DNA of 64,000 nt, from positions 1,594,146 to 1,658,145 of the forward strand of contig OZ244226.1 of NCBI GenBank assembly GCA_965217035.1. The letters are read 5' to 3'. The DNA comes from Bacteriovoracaceae bacterium (lineage in GTDB: Bacteria > Bdellovibrionota > Bacteriovoracia > Bacteriovoracales > Bacteriovoracaceae). The notes under the pieces were generated by a model, which saw only the letters and a list, made by a program, of their open reading frames with translations, was not told the origin of the DNA and ran no database searches. Every line of letters starts with the position of its first letter. Positions within the stretch are counted from its first letter, which is position 1. This document shows positions 12,470 through 20,800 of the stretch, piece by piece. Both the position numbers and the translations under genes were made by a program.

Positions 12470-13837
12470 ATGGCCAAAATAAAAACAGAATTCGAATGTC
12501 AGTCTTGTGGATATAAAACACCGAAATGGGAAGGAAAATGTCCAGATTGCGGACAATGGAACTCACTTATTGAAATAGAGAAGTTAACGAAGCAAGCAAA
12601 AAGCAGTTCTGGAGCAGTAAGGGGAAAGCGTGAAGCTAAAAAAATAACTGAAGTTGCTGCAGTTGAACATGATAGAATAAAAACTGGGATAGAAGAATTT
12701 GATAGAGTTGTTGGGGGTGGTCTTACCCTTGGGTCACTTTCCCTTCTGGGGGGAGAACCTGGAATCGGAAAATCCACATTATTGCTTGAGGTCTGTGGAA
12801 AAATAGCAAAAAATAATTCAGAAGATATCCTTCTTTACGTTAGTGGAGAAGAGAGTGAATCACAAATAGGTGATCGAGCAAAAAGACTAGGTGTTAGTTC
12901 AGAAAATATTTTGATTCTACACGAAACCCAATGGCAGGAAATTTTAACTGTTATTAAAGAAAAAAAACCTAAATTCTTTGTCTTGGACTCGATTCAAACG
13001 ACAGTATCTAATGAACTTACATCGGCTTCAGGAACTGTCTCTCAAGTAAGAGAAGTAACGTATGATTTAATGAACCATGCTAAATCTCTGGGAATTACTT
13101 GTTTTGTTATTGGCCATGTAACCAAAGAAGGGGGAATTTCAGGTCCAAAAGTTCTTGAGCACATGGTAGACACTGTCCTCTTTTTTGAGGGAGATCAGAA
13201 CAACTTTTATCGTCTCTTAAGAGTTCAAAAAAATCGTTTTGGAAATACCTATGAAGTTGGAATTTTTGAAATGACAGAGAATGGTTTAGGAGAAGTTCAT
13301 AATCCTTCTCAGTACTTTCTTGAAAAAAGTTTTCAAGGAGCTTTTGGTCGTTCGATAACTTGTGTTCTTGAAGGAACAAGAAGTATTTTTGTTGAAACTC
13401 AAGCATTAGTCACTGAAAATAAATATGGAAATGGTCGAAGAACAACTCAAGGCATTGATAATAATCGATTAGCGATGCTTGTAGCAATTATAGAGAAGTA
13501 CTTTGAAATTCCTCTTGGCTTTCATGATATTTATGTAAACGTTGTTGGTGGCATTAAGCTTGCTAAGCGAGATAGCGATCTTGCAATTATTGCTGCTATT
13601 TTGAGTTCCTATTATTCTAAGCCTCTGGATGAAAAGACTGTTCTTATTGCTGAAGTAGGATTAACTGGAGAAATCAGAAAAGCTCCTATGATGGAATCAC
13701 GAATTAAGGAAATGGATCTGTTAAAATATGAAACACTCTTGACGAGCGGTTATTTATCTCAAGAGTTAACTGATAAATATTCTATTTCAGTAAAAGGAAT
13801 AGATCGAATCACTGATTTGAAAAAGGAATTATTCTAA
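12470..13837 (+). CDS. radA: DNA repair protein RadA/Sms
   Basis: CQSC/CPDC zinc finger, GEPGIGKST, KNRFG motif. Confidence 0.98.
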   Translation: MAKIKTEFECQSCGYKTPKWEGKCPDCGQWNSLIEIEKLTKQAKSSSGAVRGKREAKKITEVAAVEHDRIKTGIEEFDRVVGGGLTLGSLSLLGGEPGIGKSTLLLEVCGKIAKNNSEDILLYVSGEESESQIGDRAKRLGVSSENILILHETQWQEILTVIKEKKPKFFVLDSIQTTVSNELTSASGTVSQVREVTYDLMNHAKSLGITCFVIGHVTKEGGISGPKVLEHMVDTVLFFEGDQNNFYRLLRVQKNRFGNTYEVGIFEMTENGLGEVHNPSQYFLEKSFQGAFGRSITCVLEGTRSIFVETQALVTENKYGNGRRTTQGIDNNRLAMLVAIIEKYFEIPLGFHDIYVNVVGGIKLAKRDSDLAIIAAILSSYYSKPLDEKTVLIAEVGLTGEIRKAPMMESRIKEMDLLKYETLLTSGYLSQELTDKYSISVKGIDRITDLKKELF

Positions 13838-14580
13838 TGGTTCCTAAAAATTTAAGTTTACTCTTTAGCCTTGTAATCTCTCTGAATTCTTTTGGGGTTT
13901 CAGCGGTAAGAGAAGAAGGAGTTTCATACTTAAATTATATAAATGAGTATGTGACAGCTGAAAGTATGATGAACTCTAGGGTAAGAGTGTCTTATGAGTC
14001 CTTAGATATTTCTCAAGTTCCAGAAATAAAAAATTTAAAAGAAGCCATGACTATTTTTTCTTTTGTGAGAGATGAGAGATTTCTTAAAAAAAAATCTAGT
14101 TTTCCTCGTCGTTTATCCTGGCTTTATCCCAATGATGGATGTTTTGCGAGAGCTGAATATGCAATCCGATTAGCTGAAAAATTTGGAAAAAAATTTAAGA
14201 AATTATTTATTTACGGAGATTTAAAAGTAAAAACAATTTTTTCACCAAACGGATATGTTACTTGGTGGTATCATGTGGCTCCAATTTTCAAACATAAAGA
14301 AGTTGTTTATGTCATTGATCCTGCATTAAATGCTTACGGACCACTATCTTTAAATGACTGGGCGTTAAAACAAGTTCCTTTACTTAAAAAAGCAAGTTTT
14401 TCAATTTGTACGAGCCAGACATATTCTCCTCGTTATAGATGCAGTTCTCGTTTTAGAGTTGCATCTTCCATTTTGAAAAAGGATCAAAATAAATATCTTT
14501 CTAAAGAAAAAAGAAATCTAAGAAGACTTGGTTATGAATTCAAAAAAGAATTGGGAGATAATCCTTATTGGAAGAGATAA
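13837..14580 (+). CDS. Secreted protein-glutamine glutaminase family protein
   Basis: Signal peptide; DGCFARA / WWYHVAP / VIDP match the Cys-His-Asp triad motifs of protein-glutaminase. Confidence 0.8.
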   Translation: MVPKNLSLLFSLVISLNSFGVSAVREEGVSYLNYINEYVTAESMMNSRVRVSYESLDISQVPEIKNLKEAMTIFSFVRDERFLKKKSSFPRRLSWLYPNDGCFARAEYAIRLAEKFGKKFKKLFIYGDLKVKTIFSPNGYVTWWYHVAPIFKHKEVVYVIDPALNAYGPLSLNDWALKQVPLLKKASFSICTSQTYSPRYRCSSRFRVASSILKKDQNKYLSKEKRNLRRLGYEFKKELGDNPYWKR

Positions 14581-14603
14581 ATTTTAAAGAATTTAAGATA
14601 ACT

Positions 14604-14632
14604 AAAAGGGACTTTGAAAAAGCCCCTTTTTT
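14604..14632. terminator. Probably bidirectional intrinsic terminator between convergent genes
   Basis: AAAAGGGACT-ttgaaaa-AGCCCCTTTTTT hairpin flanked by A and T tracts; G-U pair on the minus strand. Confidence 0.75.
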
Positions 14633-14798
14633 AATTACGATTCCCTACGCTATCGCGAGGTTCTCTAAAACCCATCTTGGGAAATCTTTCGTTGAACTCC
14701 CTAAGAATTTCGCTTTGATCACTAGTGCTTTTAGTAGTACTGCAACCAATTAACGCAAAGAGTCCAATCAAAGCAATCCAAATAAATTTCTTTGTCAT
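14631..14798 (-). CDS. Small lipoprotein, 55 aa (not in the ORF track)
   Basis: Manual translation: MTKKFIWIALIGLFALIGCSTTKSTSDQSEILREFNERFPKMGFREPRDSVGNRN*. Perfect AGGAGG RBS, lipobox LIG-C, upstream TGnTATAAT and a downstream terminator. Confidence 0.85.
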   Translation of the reverse strand: MTKKFIWIALIGLFALIGCSTTKSTSDQSEILREFNERFPKMGFREPRDSVGNRN

Positions 14799-14824
14799 GG
14801 TGACCTCCTTGTCATCCTTAATTA

Positions 14825-14833
14825 ATTATATCA
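14825..14833 (-). promoter_or_regulatory. Extended -10 promoter (TGaTATAAT) of the small lipoprotein gene
   Basis: Minus strand reads TGATATAAT ~26 nt upstream of the ATG. Confidence 0.6.
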
Positions 14834-14895
14834 AATAATTGGAAAAGCCCTGTTAGACGAGTGTTAAGCGGACAATTTTTCCCGACCATAGGAGT

Positions 14896-16371
14896 CTAAA
14901 AAATTTTTTCTATCAACTCAGTCCATTTAGATGCTTTAGAAGTAAAGTAATTTTCTTCAGTGATGTCCGTGAACTTTGGCTTATAATTTTTGTCTGCTCT
15001 CCAAAGTTTTTTGATATCTTCTTCAGAGACTTCACCTACTCCAATCAGCGAACCAAGGATAGAACCAAGGGCGGTTGTTTCGATAATGGCAGGCTTAACG
15101 ATATTTTTTTTACTAAAATTTGATTGAAGTTGCATAAGATAATTATTTTTGACAGCTCCGCCATCAACACGAATATCACCAATTGAACTTCCTAAGTCTT
15201 TTTCAAAAGCATTAACAAGGTCATTGATTGAGAGAGTGATTCCTTCGAGGCAGGCTCGTGAAACCTGCTCAATCCCAGTATCTCTTGTTAGGCCATAAAG
15301 ACAAGCCTTTGCATTAGCATTCCAATAAGGTGATCCGATTCCTGTAAAAAAAGGAAAAAGAAAAAGATGTTTCATTTGTTCGTGTGTGGCTTGAGTCGCA
15401 AAATCCTCAATTTCTGGTGCGGACTTGATGAATTTAAAATTATCTCTTAAAAATTGAACGGCCGCACCGGCGATATAGGTACTGCCTTCAAGTGCATAAA
15501 CGGTTTTTTCTTTTGATTGATAAGCAATAGTGGTTAATAAACCGTTATTAGATTTTTTTATTTCAGATCCAGTATTGAGTAAAAGAAATGCACCTGTTCC
15601 ATAAGTGCATTTTAGCTCTCCTGACTCCAGGCAAGCTTGTCCGAATAAAGCTGCTTGTTGATCTCCAAAAAGGCAGGAGATAGGAATTCCGTCAGGGAGA
15701 AAATCCAATCCTTCTGTTTTTCCATAATTATCAAAAGTATTTTTGATTTCTGGTAGAATCTCTTTCGGAATTTCAAAAAAAGAGAGAAGTTCCTCATCCC
15801 AATTTGTCGTTTCAAGATTGAGAAGTAAAGTTCTTGATGCATTCGAAGGTTCTGTTGCATGCGATTTATTATTAGTTAATTTATACAAAAGAAAGGTATC
15901 AATTGTTCCAAATTTCGTATTTTTTAAATTGGGTTTGTGTTCATTGAGAAGCCATCGAAGTTTTGTTCCTGAGAAATAGGGATCAAGTGGGAGTCCCGTT
16001 TTATTTTGTAAATCAGTATAAGCTTCTCGTTTTTCATCACAATACTCTGAGGTTCTTCGGTCCTGCCAAACAATGGCTTTGGCCAAAGGTTTTCCATCAT
16101 TGTCAAAGAGGCAAGTTGTTTCTCTTTGGTTTGTGATCCCAATTGAAATGATATTTTCTTTATTAATTCCAGTTTTTTCGAAAACCGTTTCGATAGCTTT
16201 TTGAATGCTTGTCCAAATCTCGTTAAGGTCATGCTCTACCCAACTAGGCTTTGGATAATGTTGTGTAAATTCATGGTTGGCACTCGCGATAACTTCGTTT
16301 TTATCAACATCATAAAGCATAGCAGTGGAACCAGTTGTACCCTGGTCGAGTCCAAGAACAAAACGAGACAT
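14896..16371 (-). CDS. glpK: Glycerol kinase
   Basis: DQGTTG, GITNQRET, WQDRRT, DPYFSGTK, GDQQAALFG. Confidence 0.96.
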   Translation of the reverse strand: MSRFVLGLDQGTTGSTAMLYDVDKNEVIASANHEFTQHYPKPSWVEHDLNEIWTSIQKAIETVFEKTGINKENIISIGITNQRETTCLFDNDGKPLAKAIVWQDRRTSEYCDEKREAYTDLQNKTGLPLDPYFSGTKLRWLLNEHKPNLKNTKFGTIDTFLLYKLTNNKSHATEPSNASRTLLLNLETTNWDEELLSFFEIPKEILPEIKNTFDNYGKTEGLDFLPDGIPISCLFGDQQAALFGQACLESGELKCTYGTGAFLLLNTGSEIKKSNNGLLTTIAYQSKEKTVYALEGSTYIAGAAVQFLRDNFKFIKSAPEIEDFATQATHEQMKHLFLFPFFTGIGSPYWNANAKACLYGLTRDTGIEQVSRACLEGITLSINDLVNAFEKDLGSSIGDIRVDGGAVKNNYLMQLQSNFSKKNIVKPAIIETTALGSILGSLIGVGEVSEEDIKKLWRADKNYKPKFTDITEENYFTSKASKWTELIEKIF

Positions 16372-16383
16372 AGAGAAGCTCCT

Positions 16384-16629
16384 TTAGATAAGATCTTCCA
16401 TTCTTACAATGCTGGGATCTTTTGAAATAACAGAAATCATTCTAACCCACAGCTCAGCTATTTTTCCATTGATGCCCTGGAGTAAACCGTAGGAAATGGT
16501 GCTTATAAGAGTGAGAATCATGAGGTATTCGACTAATGATTGCCCAGAAGTATTTAGTTTCAATTTGAGACTGAAACGGATATAAAAGGTGAGAAAAATA
16601 TTCTGGTACTTCACTAGAATTTGCTTCAT
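16384..16629 (-). CDS. Flp/type IVb pilin-like small protein
   Basis: Prepilin-peptidase-like site G|QSLVEY followed by a hydrophobic helix. Start placed at ATG 16629. Confidence 0.65.
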   Translation of the reverse strand: MKQILVKYQNIFLTFYIRFSLKLKLNTSGQSLVEYLMILTLISTISYGLLQGINGKIAELWVRMISVISKDPSIVRMEDLI

Positions 16630-16664
16630 CTGGTATGATTTTACTAGATGCGTAACGGGGTCTG

Positions 16665-17219
16665 ATGCAAAGGAAATTATTTCCATTACTTATATTTGGA
16701 TTCGTATTTTTTGGTGTTTTAAGCTTTCAAATTGGCTCAGATTTATGGAGTCCGAGTGCTAATATAATCAAGATTAAAGATGCTAAGAGAAAGCAGCTGG
16801 AATCTCTTTTTTCAACTCTAGAGGTAAAATATACAACAGGTGAAAAAGTAAAGCTGAAGGATCTTAAAGAAGATCTCGTTCTTGTGAACTTTTGGGCATC
16901 ATGGTGTACACCTTGTATCGCTGAATTTAAAGGAATTGCTAACCTTGAAAAGGTTCTTGGTAAAGATAAGATTAATGTTGTGGGGATTAATTGTGACACA
17001 GAAGATCCATCAAAAAATGTAAAAATGGTGGAGAAGAAACATGCTTTAACCTTCAAATCCGCACTAGACCCCGATAATAAAATTCTCGATATGTTTGGCA
17101 TTGTTCATCTGCCTGCCAATATCATTTATCACAAAGGTAAAGTCATTTATTTTAGTGAAAAGTTTACGGATTACACTGATCCCTCTATGATTACAAAACT
17201 AAAAAAATTTACTAAATAA
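16665..17219 (+). CDS. TlpA/ResA-like thiol-disulfide oxidoreductase
   Basis: N-terminal TM, VNFWASWCTPC motif. Confidence 0.9.
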   Translation: MQRKLFPLLIFGFVFFGVLSFQIGSDLWSPSANIIKIKDAKRKQLESLFSTLEVKYTTGEKVKLKDLKEDLVLVNFWASWCTPCIAEFKGIANLEKVLGKDKINVVGINCDTEDPSKNVKMVEKKHALTFKSALDPDNKILDMFGIVHLPANIIYHKGKVIYFSEKFTDYTDPSMITKLKKFTK

Positions 17220-17238
17220 AACTTAAAAGGAGTTTTAC

Positions 17239-17637
17239 ATGAGTATGATGAAGGAATTCAAAGCTTTTGCTATGAAAGGTAATGTTGTGGATATGGCGGT
17301 TGGGATCGTTGTTGGTGGTGCCTTTGGAAAAATCGTCTCCTCGTTTGTTGCTAATGTTGTTATGCCGCCAATTGGTCTTTTAATGGGTGGTGTTAATTTT
17401 ACTGACCTTGCTGTTGTTCTTAAGGCCGCAGAGGGCGAAGCGAAAGCTGTAACTTTAAACTATGGTCTGTTTATTCAATCTGTTGTTGATTTTGTGATTG
17501 TTGCTTTTGCAATCTTTATGGTTGTTAAAGGAATGAACTCAATGAAGAAAAAAGAAGAAGAGAAGCCAGCGGCTCCAGCGGCACCTCCAGCAGAAGAAGT
17601 TTTACTTACTGAAATTAGAGACTTACTTAAAAAATAA
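17239..17637 (+). CDS. mscL: Large-conductance mechanosensitive channel
   Basis: [35 protein letters not shown]. Confidence 0.98.
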   Translation: MSMMKEFKAFAMKGNVVDMAVGIVVGGAFGKIVSSFVANVVMPPIGLLMGGVNFTDLAVVLKAAEGEAKAVTLNYGLFIQSVVDFVIVAFAIFMVVKGMNSMKKKEEEKPAAPAAPPAEEVLLTEIRDLLKK

Positions 17638-17642
17638 TTCTT

Positions 17643-17674
17643 AAAAGGGCCGGTTTAACTGGCCCTTCTTTTTT
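17643..17674. terminator. Intrinsic terminator after mscL (likely bidirectional)
   Basis: AAGGGCCGG-tttaa-CTGGCCCTT plus T tract between convergent genes. Confidence 0.8.
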
Positions 17675-18536
17675 AATCTAATAGACTTCCAGATTTTCTT
17701 TGAATAATAAGACTCATAATTTTTTCTTTTTCTCTCTGGGAAAACTCATAAATTTCATTGCTAGAATCTTTCCAGGGAATAGTAATGCAAATCTCATATT
17801 TACAAGCAATAATAGCATCGTTTGCATAATCTTGATCGATTGTACCGCCTAGTTTTCTCCAATAGTGTGAAAAATCAGAAACGTTTTCTCTAAAGGCTAC
17901 AGCATGAGCAAAGGATTCTGTTGTGTCGGTATAACTTGTTCCATAAAGTAAATGCTGGTGAATCATTGTCGTTTTATTGCTATTTAATTTTTCTTTGCTA
18001 AGAACAATAAAGTCTTGTTTTCGGGAGCCTTCATAAACGAGAAAGCTTTCAGAGTCTTCTATTTTCCAACCAAGGACTTCTGAGAAAAATTTATTAAGTG
18101 ACTTTACTTCCGCATTAGTTTCTTCCAAAAGTTTCTTTTGAATATTGGAATCAATTCTATTTAAAGCGTAAAAAAGGTCTTGTGTCAGATCGTCAGAAAT
18201 GAAGCTACGAGGAGCAGTTCCAGTTCCTCCGCCATTATATTTAATGAGATAATTTCTGGCTTCATCAAGCTTAATGATTGTACTTTCGTTTTGAATTCCT
18301 CTTTTCTTATAACTATCTAGAAGTACCTTTTTTAACCATGAAAGTTCAATGGGATTAAAGCCTTCTTGGTTTTCATCAAAGGTCAAAAGTTTTCTTTTAA
18401 GATTCTCAATAGCACTAGGGGTTAAGAAAATTTGATTTGCAAATTCAGGGCAAACTTGATTGATGTTAATTTTAAAGTCTTGAACAGCAAATAGGTTCAG
18501 AGATTGTATTAAGAATAAAAAAAAGAACAGCCTCAT
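17673..18536 (-). CDS. Hypothetical secreted protein
   Basis: 287-aa ORF with a signal peptide (MRLFFFLFLIQSLNLFA). Confidence 0.7.
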   Translation of the reverse strand: MRLFFFLFLIQSLNLFAVQDFKININQVCPEFANQIFLTPSAIENLKRKLLTFDENQEGFNPIELSWLKKVLLDSYKKRGIQNESTIIKLDEARNYLIKYNGGGTGTAPRSFISDDLTQDLFYALNRIDSNIQKKLLEETNAEVKSLNKFFSEVLGWKIEDSESFLVYEGSRKQDFIVLSKEKLNSNKTTMIHQHLLYGTSYTDTTESFAHAVAFRENVSDFSHYWRKLGGTIDQDYANDAIIACKYEICITIPWKDSSNEIYEFSQREKEKIMSLIIQRKSGSLLD

Positions 18537-18578
18537 TATGAGACTGTTCGGTATTGCTATGAATAAAAGTAAATGGGT

Positions 18579-19163
18579 CTAGTATTTAACAGAACAACCG
18601 TAAGGTGGTGTTTTTGCAACGATAACTGATTTTCCGGCTATTAAGTTATCAAGATTAGAGGCTACAAAGTTCTTTGCCTTCTTGATGTCATCTTGATTTG
18701 TTGAAGGGATGCTATCGATCGCTCCTTGGTAAGCAAGTTTTCCATCAGGTTTTACAATATACATATGAGGAGTTGTTTTTGCTCCATACTTTTTACCAAC
18801 TTCACCAGTTGGATCAAGGAGAATATGAGTCGCATTATTTTGGCCCCTTGTTTTAAGAGTCATGGCTTCAGCACTTGTAATGTGGCCTTGCTTCTTAGGA
18901 GCTGAAGAAACGATACTTAGCCAAACAACATTTTTTCCTGTGTATTTCTTTTGAAGTTTTTGCATATTTTTAGATTCGTAATGTTTAACGACAAAAGGGC
19001 AGTCTTTGTTAAACCATTCAAGAACAACATGCTTTCCCTTAAATTGCTTAAGAGAAACTTTTTTTCCATTTTCATTTATTAGTTCAAAGTCGGGAGCCAT
19101 TTTTCCAACAGTGACTGCGGCGAAAGAGTTTGCTGCAAATAATAACGTTAACAAAATTTTCAT
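18579..19163 (-). CDS. Secreted AhpC/TSA (redoxin) family protein
   Basis: APDFEL, VLEWFNKDCPFV, AKTTPHMY, YQGAID, PYGCSVKY. Confidence 0.9.
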   Translation of the reverse strand: MKILLTLLFAANSFAAVTVGKMAPDFELINENGKKVSLKQFKGKHVVLEWFNKDCPFVVKHYESKNMQKLQKKYTGKNVVWLSIVSSAPKKQGHITSAEAMTLKTRGQNNATHILLDPTGEVGKKYGAKTTPHMYIVKPDGKLAYQGAIDSIPSTNQDDIKKAKNFVASNLDNLIAGKSVIVAKTPPYGCSVKY

Positions 19164-20362
19164 AATTCACTCCTTAGGTTTTTACCCCAATTATAAGTAA
19201 TCTCGCTTATGGAATTACATTTAAAAGTATTAAAACGTGGCTTCATTCCAGGAATGATAGCTCCTTGATTGTTTAACCCAACTGCTTTGGCAGCATTTAA
19301 AGTGATACTAGTCCAAAGTTCTGTTTGATTCAGTTTATAGAGAGGTGCTGCTAGTGAAGCAATAAATAAGAGATTGTCACAATGGCAAGATCCAGGATTG
19401 TAATCACTTGCTAAAGCAACTCTTACTCCTGCGTTGAGAATTTTCCTCGCTTGAGCTAATGGCTTTCCTAAAAACAAAGAGGTTCCAGGGAGTAGAGTCG
19501 CTATGGTTTCAGAGCTCGATAATTTTTCTATATTTTTACCGGAGATCTGAAGAAGATGATCAGCGCTTACGGCATTATAATCAATAGCAATCCCGGCACC
19601 ATTATTGTCATTAAATTCATCTGCGTGAATTTTAATTTTTAAATTAAGACTCTTGGCTTCATCGAAAAGAAGCCTTGTATCTTTTTCTGAAAAATATCCT
19701 TGCTCATGAAAAATATCAACAAAGTCGATTTCTTCTTTAAGTTCCTTCATTAAAGGAATAACAGTCTCATTAAGGTAAGTGGATGCAATTGAGTCCTTTG
19801 GAATCGCATGGGCAGCGAGATAAGTATTAAAAACTTGAATATCAGGAGATAAATCTTTTTTTAGTTTTGAAATAACTTGTGTCAGTTTTTTTTCACTGTC
19901 ATAGCTAAGTCCATAACCGCTTTTTATTTCAATGGTTTTGACTCCATAGTTTGAAAGTACTTTGATTCGTTCTTTTCCAATACGATAGAGCTCATCAAAG
20001 CTTGCTTCTTGTGTTGCTTGGGTGCTTGCAAGAATTCCTCCTCCGGCATCAGCAATGGTTTGATAATCAGCACCATTGAGTCGCATGGAGTATTCATTGG
20101 CCCTATTTCCAGCAAAAACAAGGTGAGTATGCGAATCGACGATGTCTGGAGTCAGCACATGGTGACTTCCATCAGTTTTTTCTGCTTTGGAATAATCGCT
20201 TGGTAGGTCAGCGGTTTTTCCAACCCAGAGAATTTCTGAATCATCGTAGACAACAGAGGCTTCAGTTATAATAGAGCTGTCTTCTGGAGCGAGATTTCGT
20301 CCATTTTTTTTATGAGCACCCTTAAGGGTAAGGATTTCAGAAAGGTTGGTTATGACTTTCAT
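19160..20362 (-). CDS. hutI: Imidazolonepropionase
   Basis: DSHTHLVFAGNRANEY, EIKSGYGL, HADEF, SADHL, DYNPGS. Confidence 0.96.
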   Translation of the reverse strand: MKVITNLSEILTLKGAHKKNGRNLAPEDSSIITEASVVYDDSEILWVGKTADLPSDYSKAEKTDGSHHVLTPDIVDSHTHLVFAGNRANEYSMRLNGADYQTIADAGGGILASTQATQEASFDELYRIGKERIKVLSNYGVKTIEIKSGYGLSYDSEKKLTQVISKLKKDLSPDIQVFNTYLAAHAIPKDSIASTYLNETVIPLMKELKEEIDFVDIFHEQGYFSEKDTRLLFDEAKSLNLKIKIHADEFNDNNGAGIAIDYNAVSADHLLQISGKNIEKLSSSETIATLLPGTSLFLGKPLAQARKILNAGVRVALASDYNPGSCHCDNLLFIASLAAPLYKLNQTELWTSITLNAAKAVGLNNQGAIIPGMKPRFNTFKCNSISEITYNWGKNLRSEL

Positions 20363-20388
20363 TTCTTACTAAGGTATAACGTTGAAAT

Positions 20389-20697
20389 ATGAAAGTCTTG
20401 CTTTTCCTCCTGATCATTGGTTGTGCGAATACTCAAAAAAAGTGTCCTGATAAGCACTTGACAACATGCGCCAATAAGAAGAAAAAGTTACCAAAACGGG
20501 ATGAAATCGGAGTTTTAAGCTATTGTAGCTATAAGTACGGCCATATTCTTGGAAAAAATGGTTTTACGGATTTGGAGCATTGTCCTTATCGTTTAAGAGG
20601 ACAATTCCTGCAAGGTTATAGCGAAGGTAGAAAAGAACATTCTGTCGCTCGCTTCAAAAAAATTCAAAAGAGTATAAAAAATTCAGATAACCATTGA
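20389..20697 (+). CDS. Small lipoprotein, DUF2799-like
   Basis: Lipobox IIGC; G-x3-YC...G...G...C...F-x2-GY-x2-G pattern. Confidence 0.6.
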   Translation: MKVLLFLLIIGCANTQKKCPDKHLTTCANKKKKLPKRDEIGVLSYCSYKYGHILGKNGFTDLEHCPYRLRGQFLQGYSEGRKEHSVARFKKIQKSIKNSDNH

Positions 20698-20800
20698 AAA
20701 TCAATGAACCTCTTAGTAACTAAGGGCTTGTTGAAAACCCGATAAAACAAAATCAATAAATTTCGATTGCGTTCTTATTAGTTATTTTTAGAAAGTATTA

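Noticed and set aside
14568..14753. 61-aa plus-strand ORF in the track
   Set aside because: It runs through a terminator and is antisense to the better-supported 55-aa lipoprotein gene.
20719..20745. Sigma28-like promoter (CCCGATAA) upstream of the alpha/beta-hydrolase
   Set aside because: The TAAG -35 candidate is 2 nt too close to the -10 box; support is insufficient.
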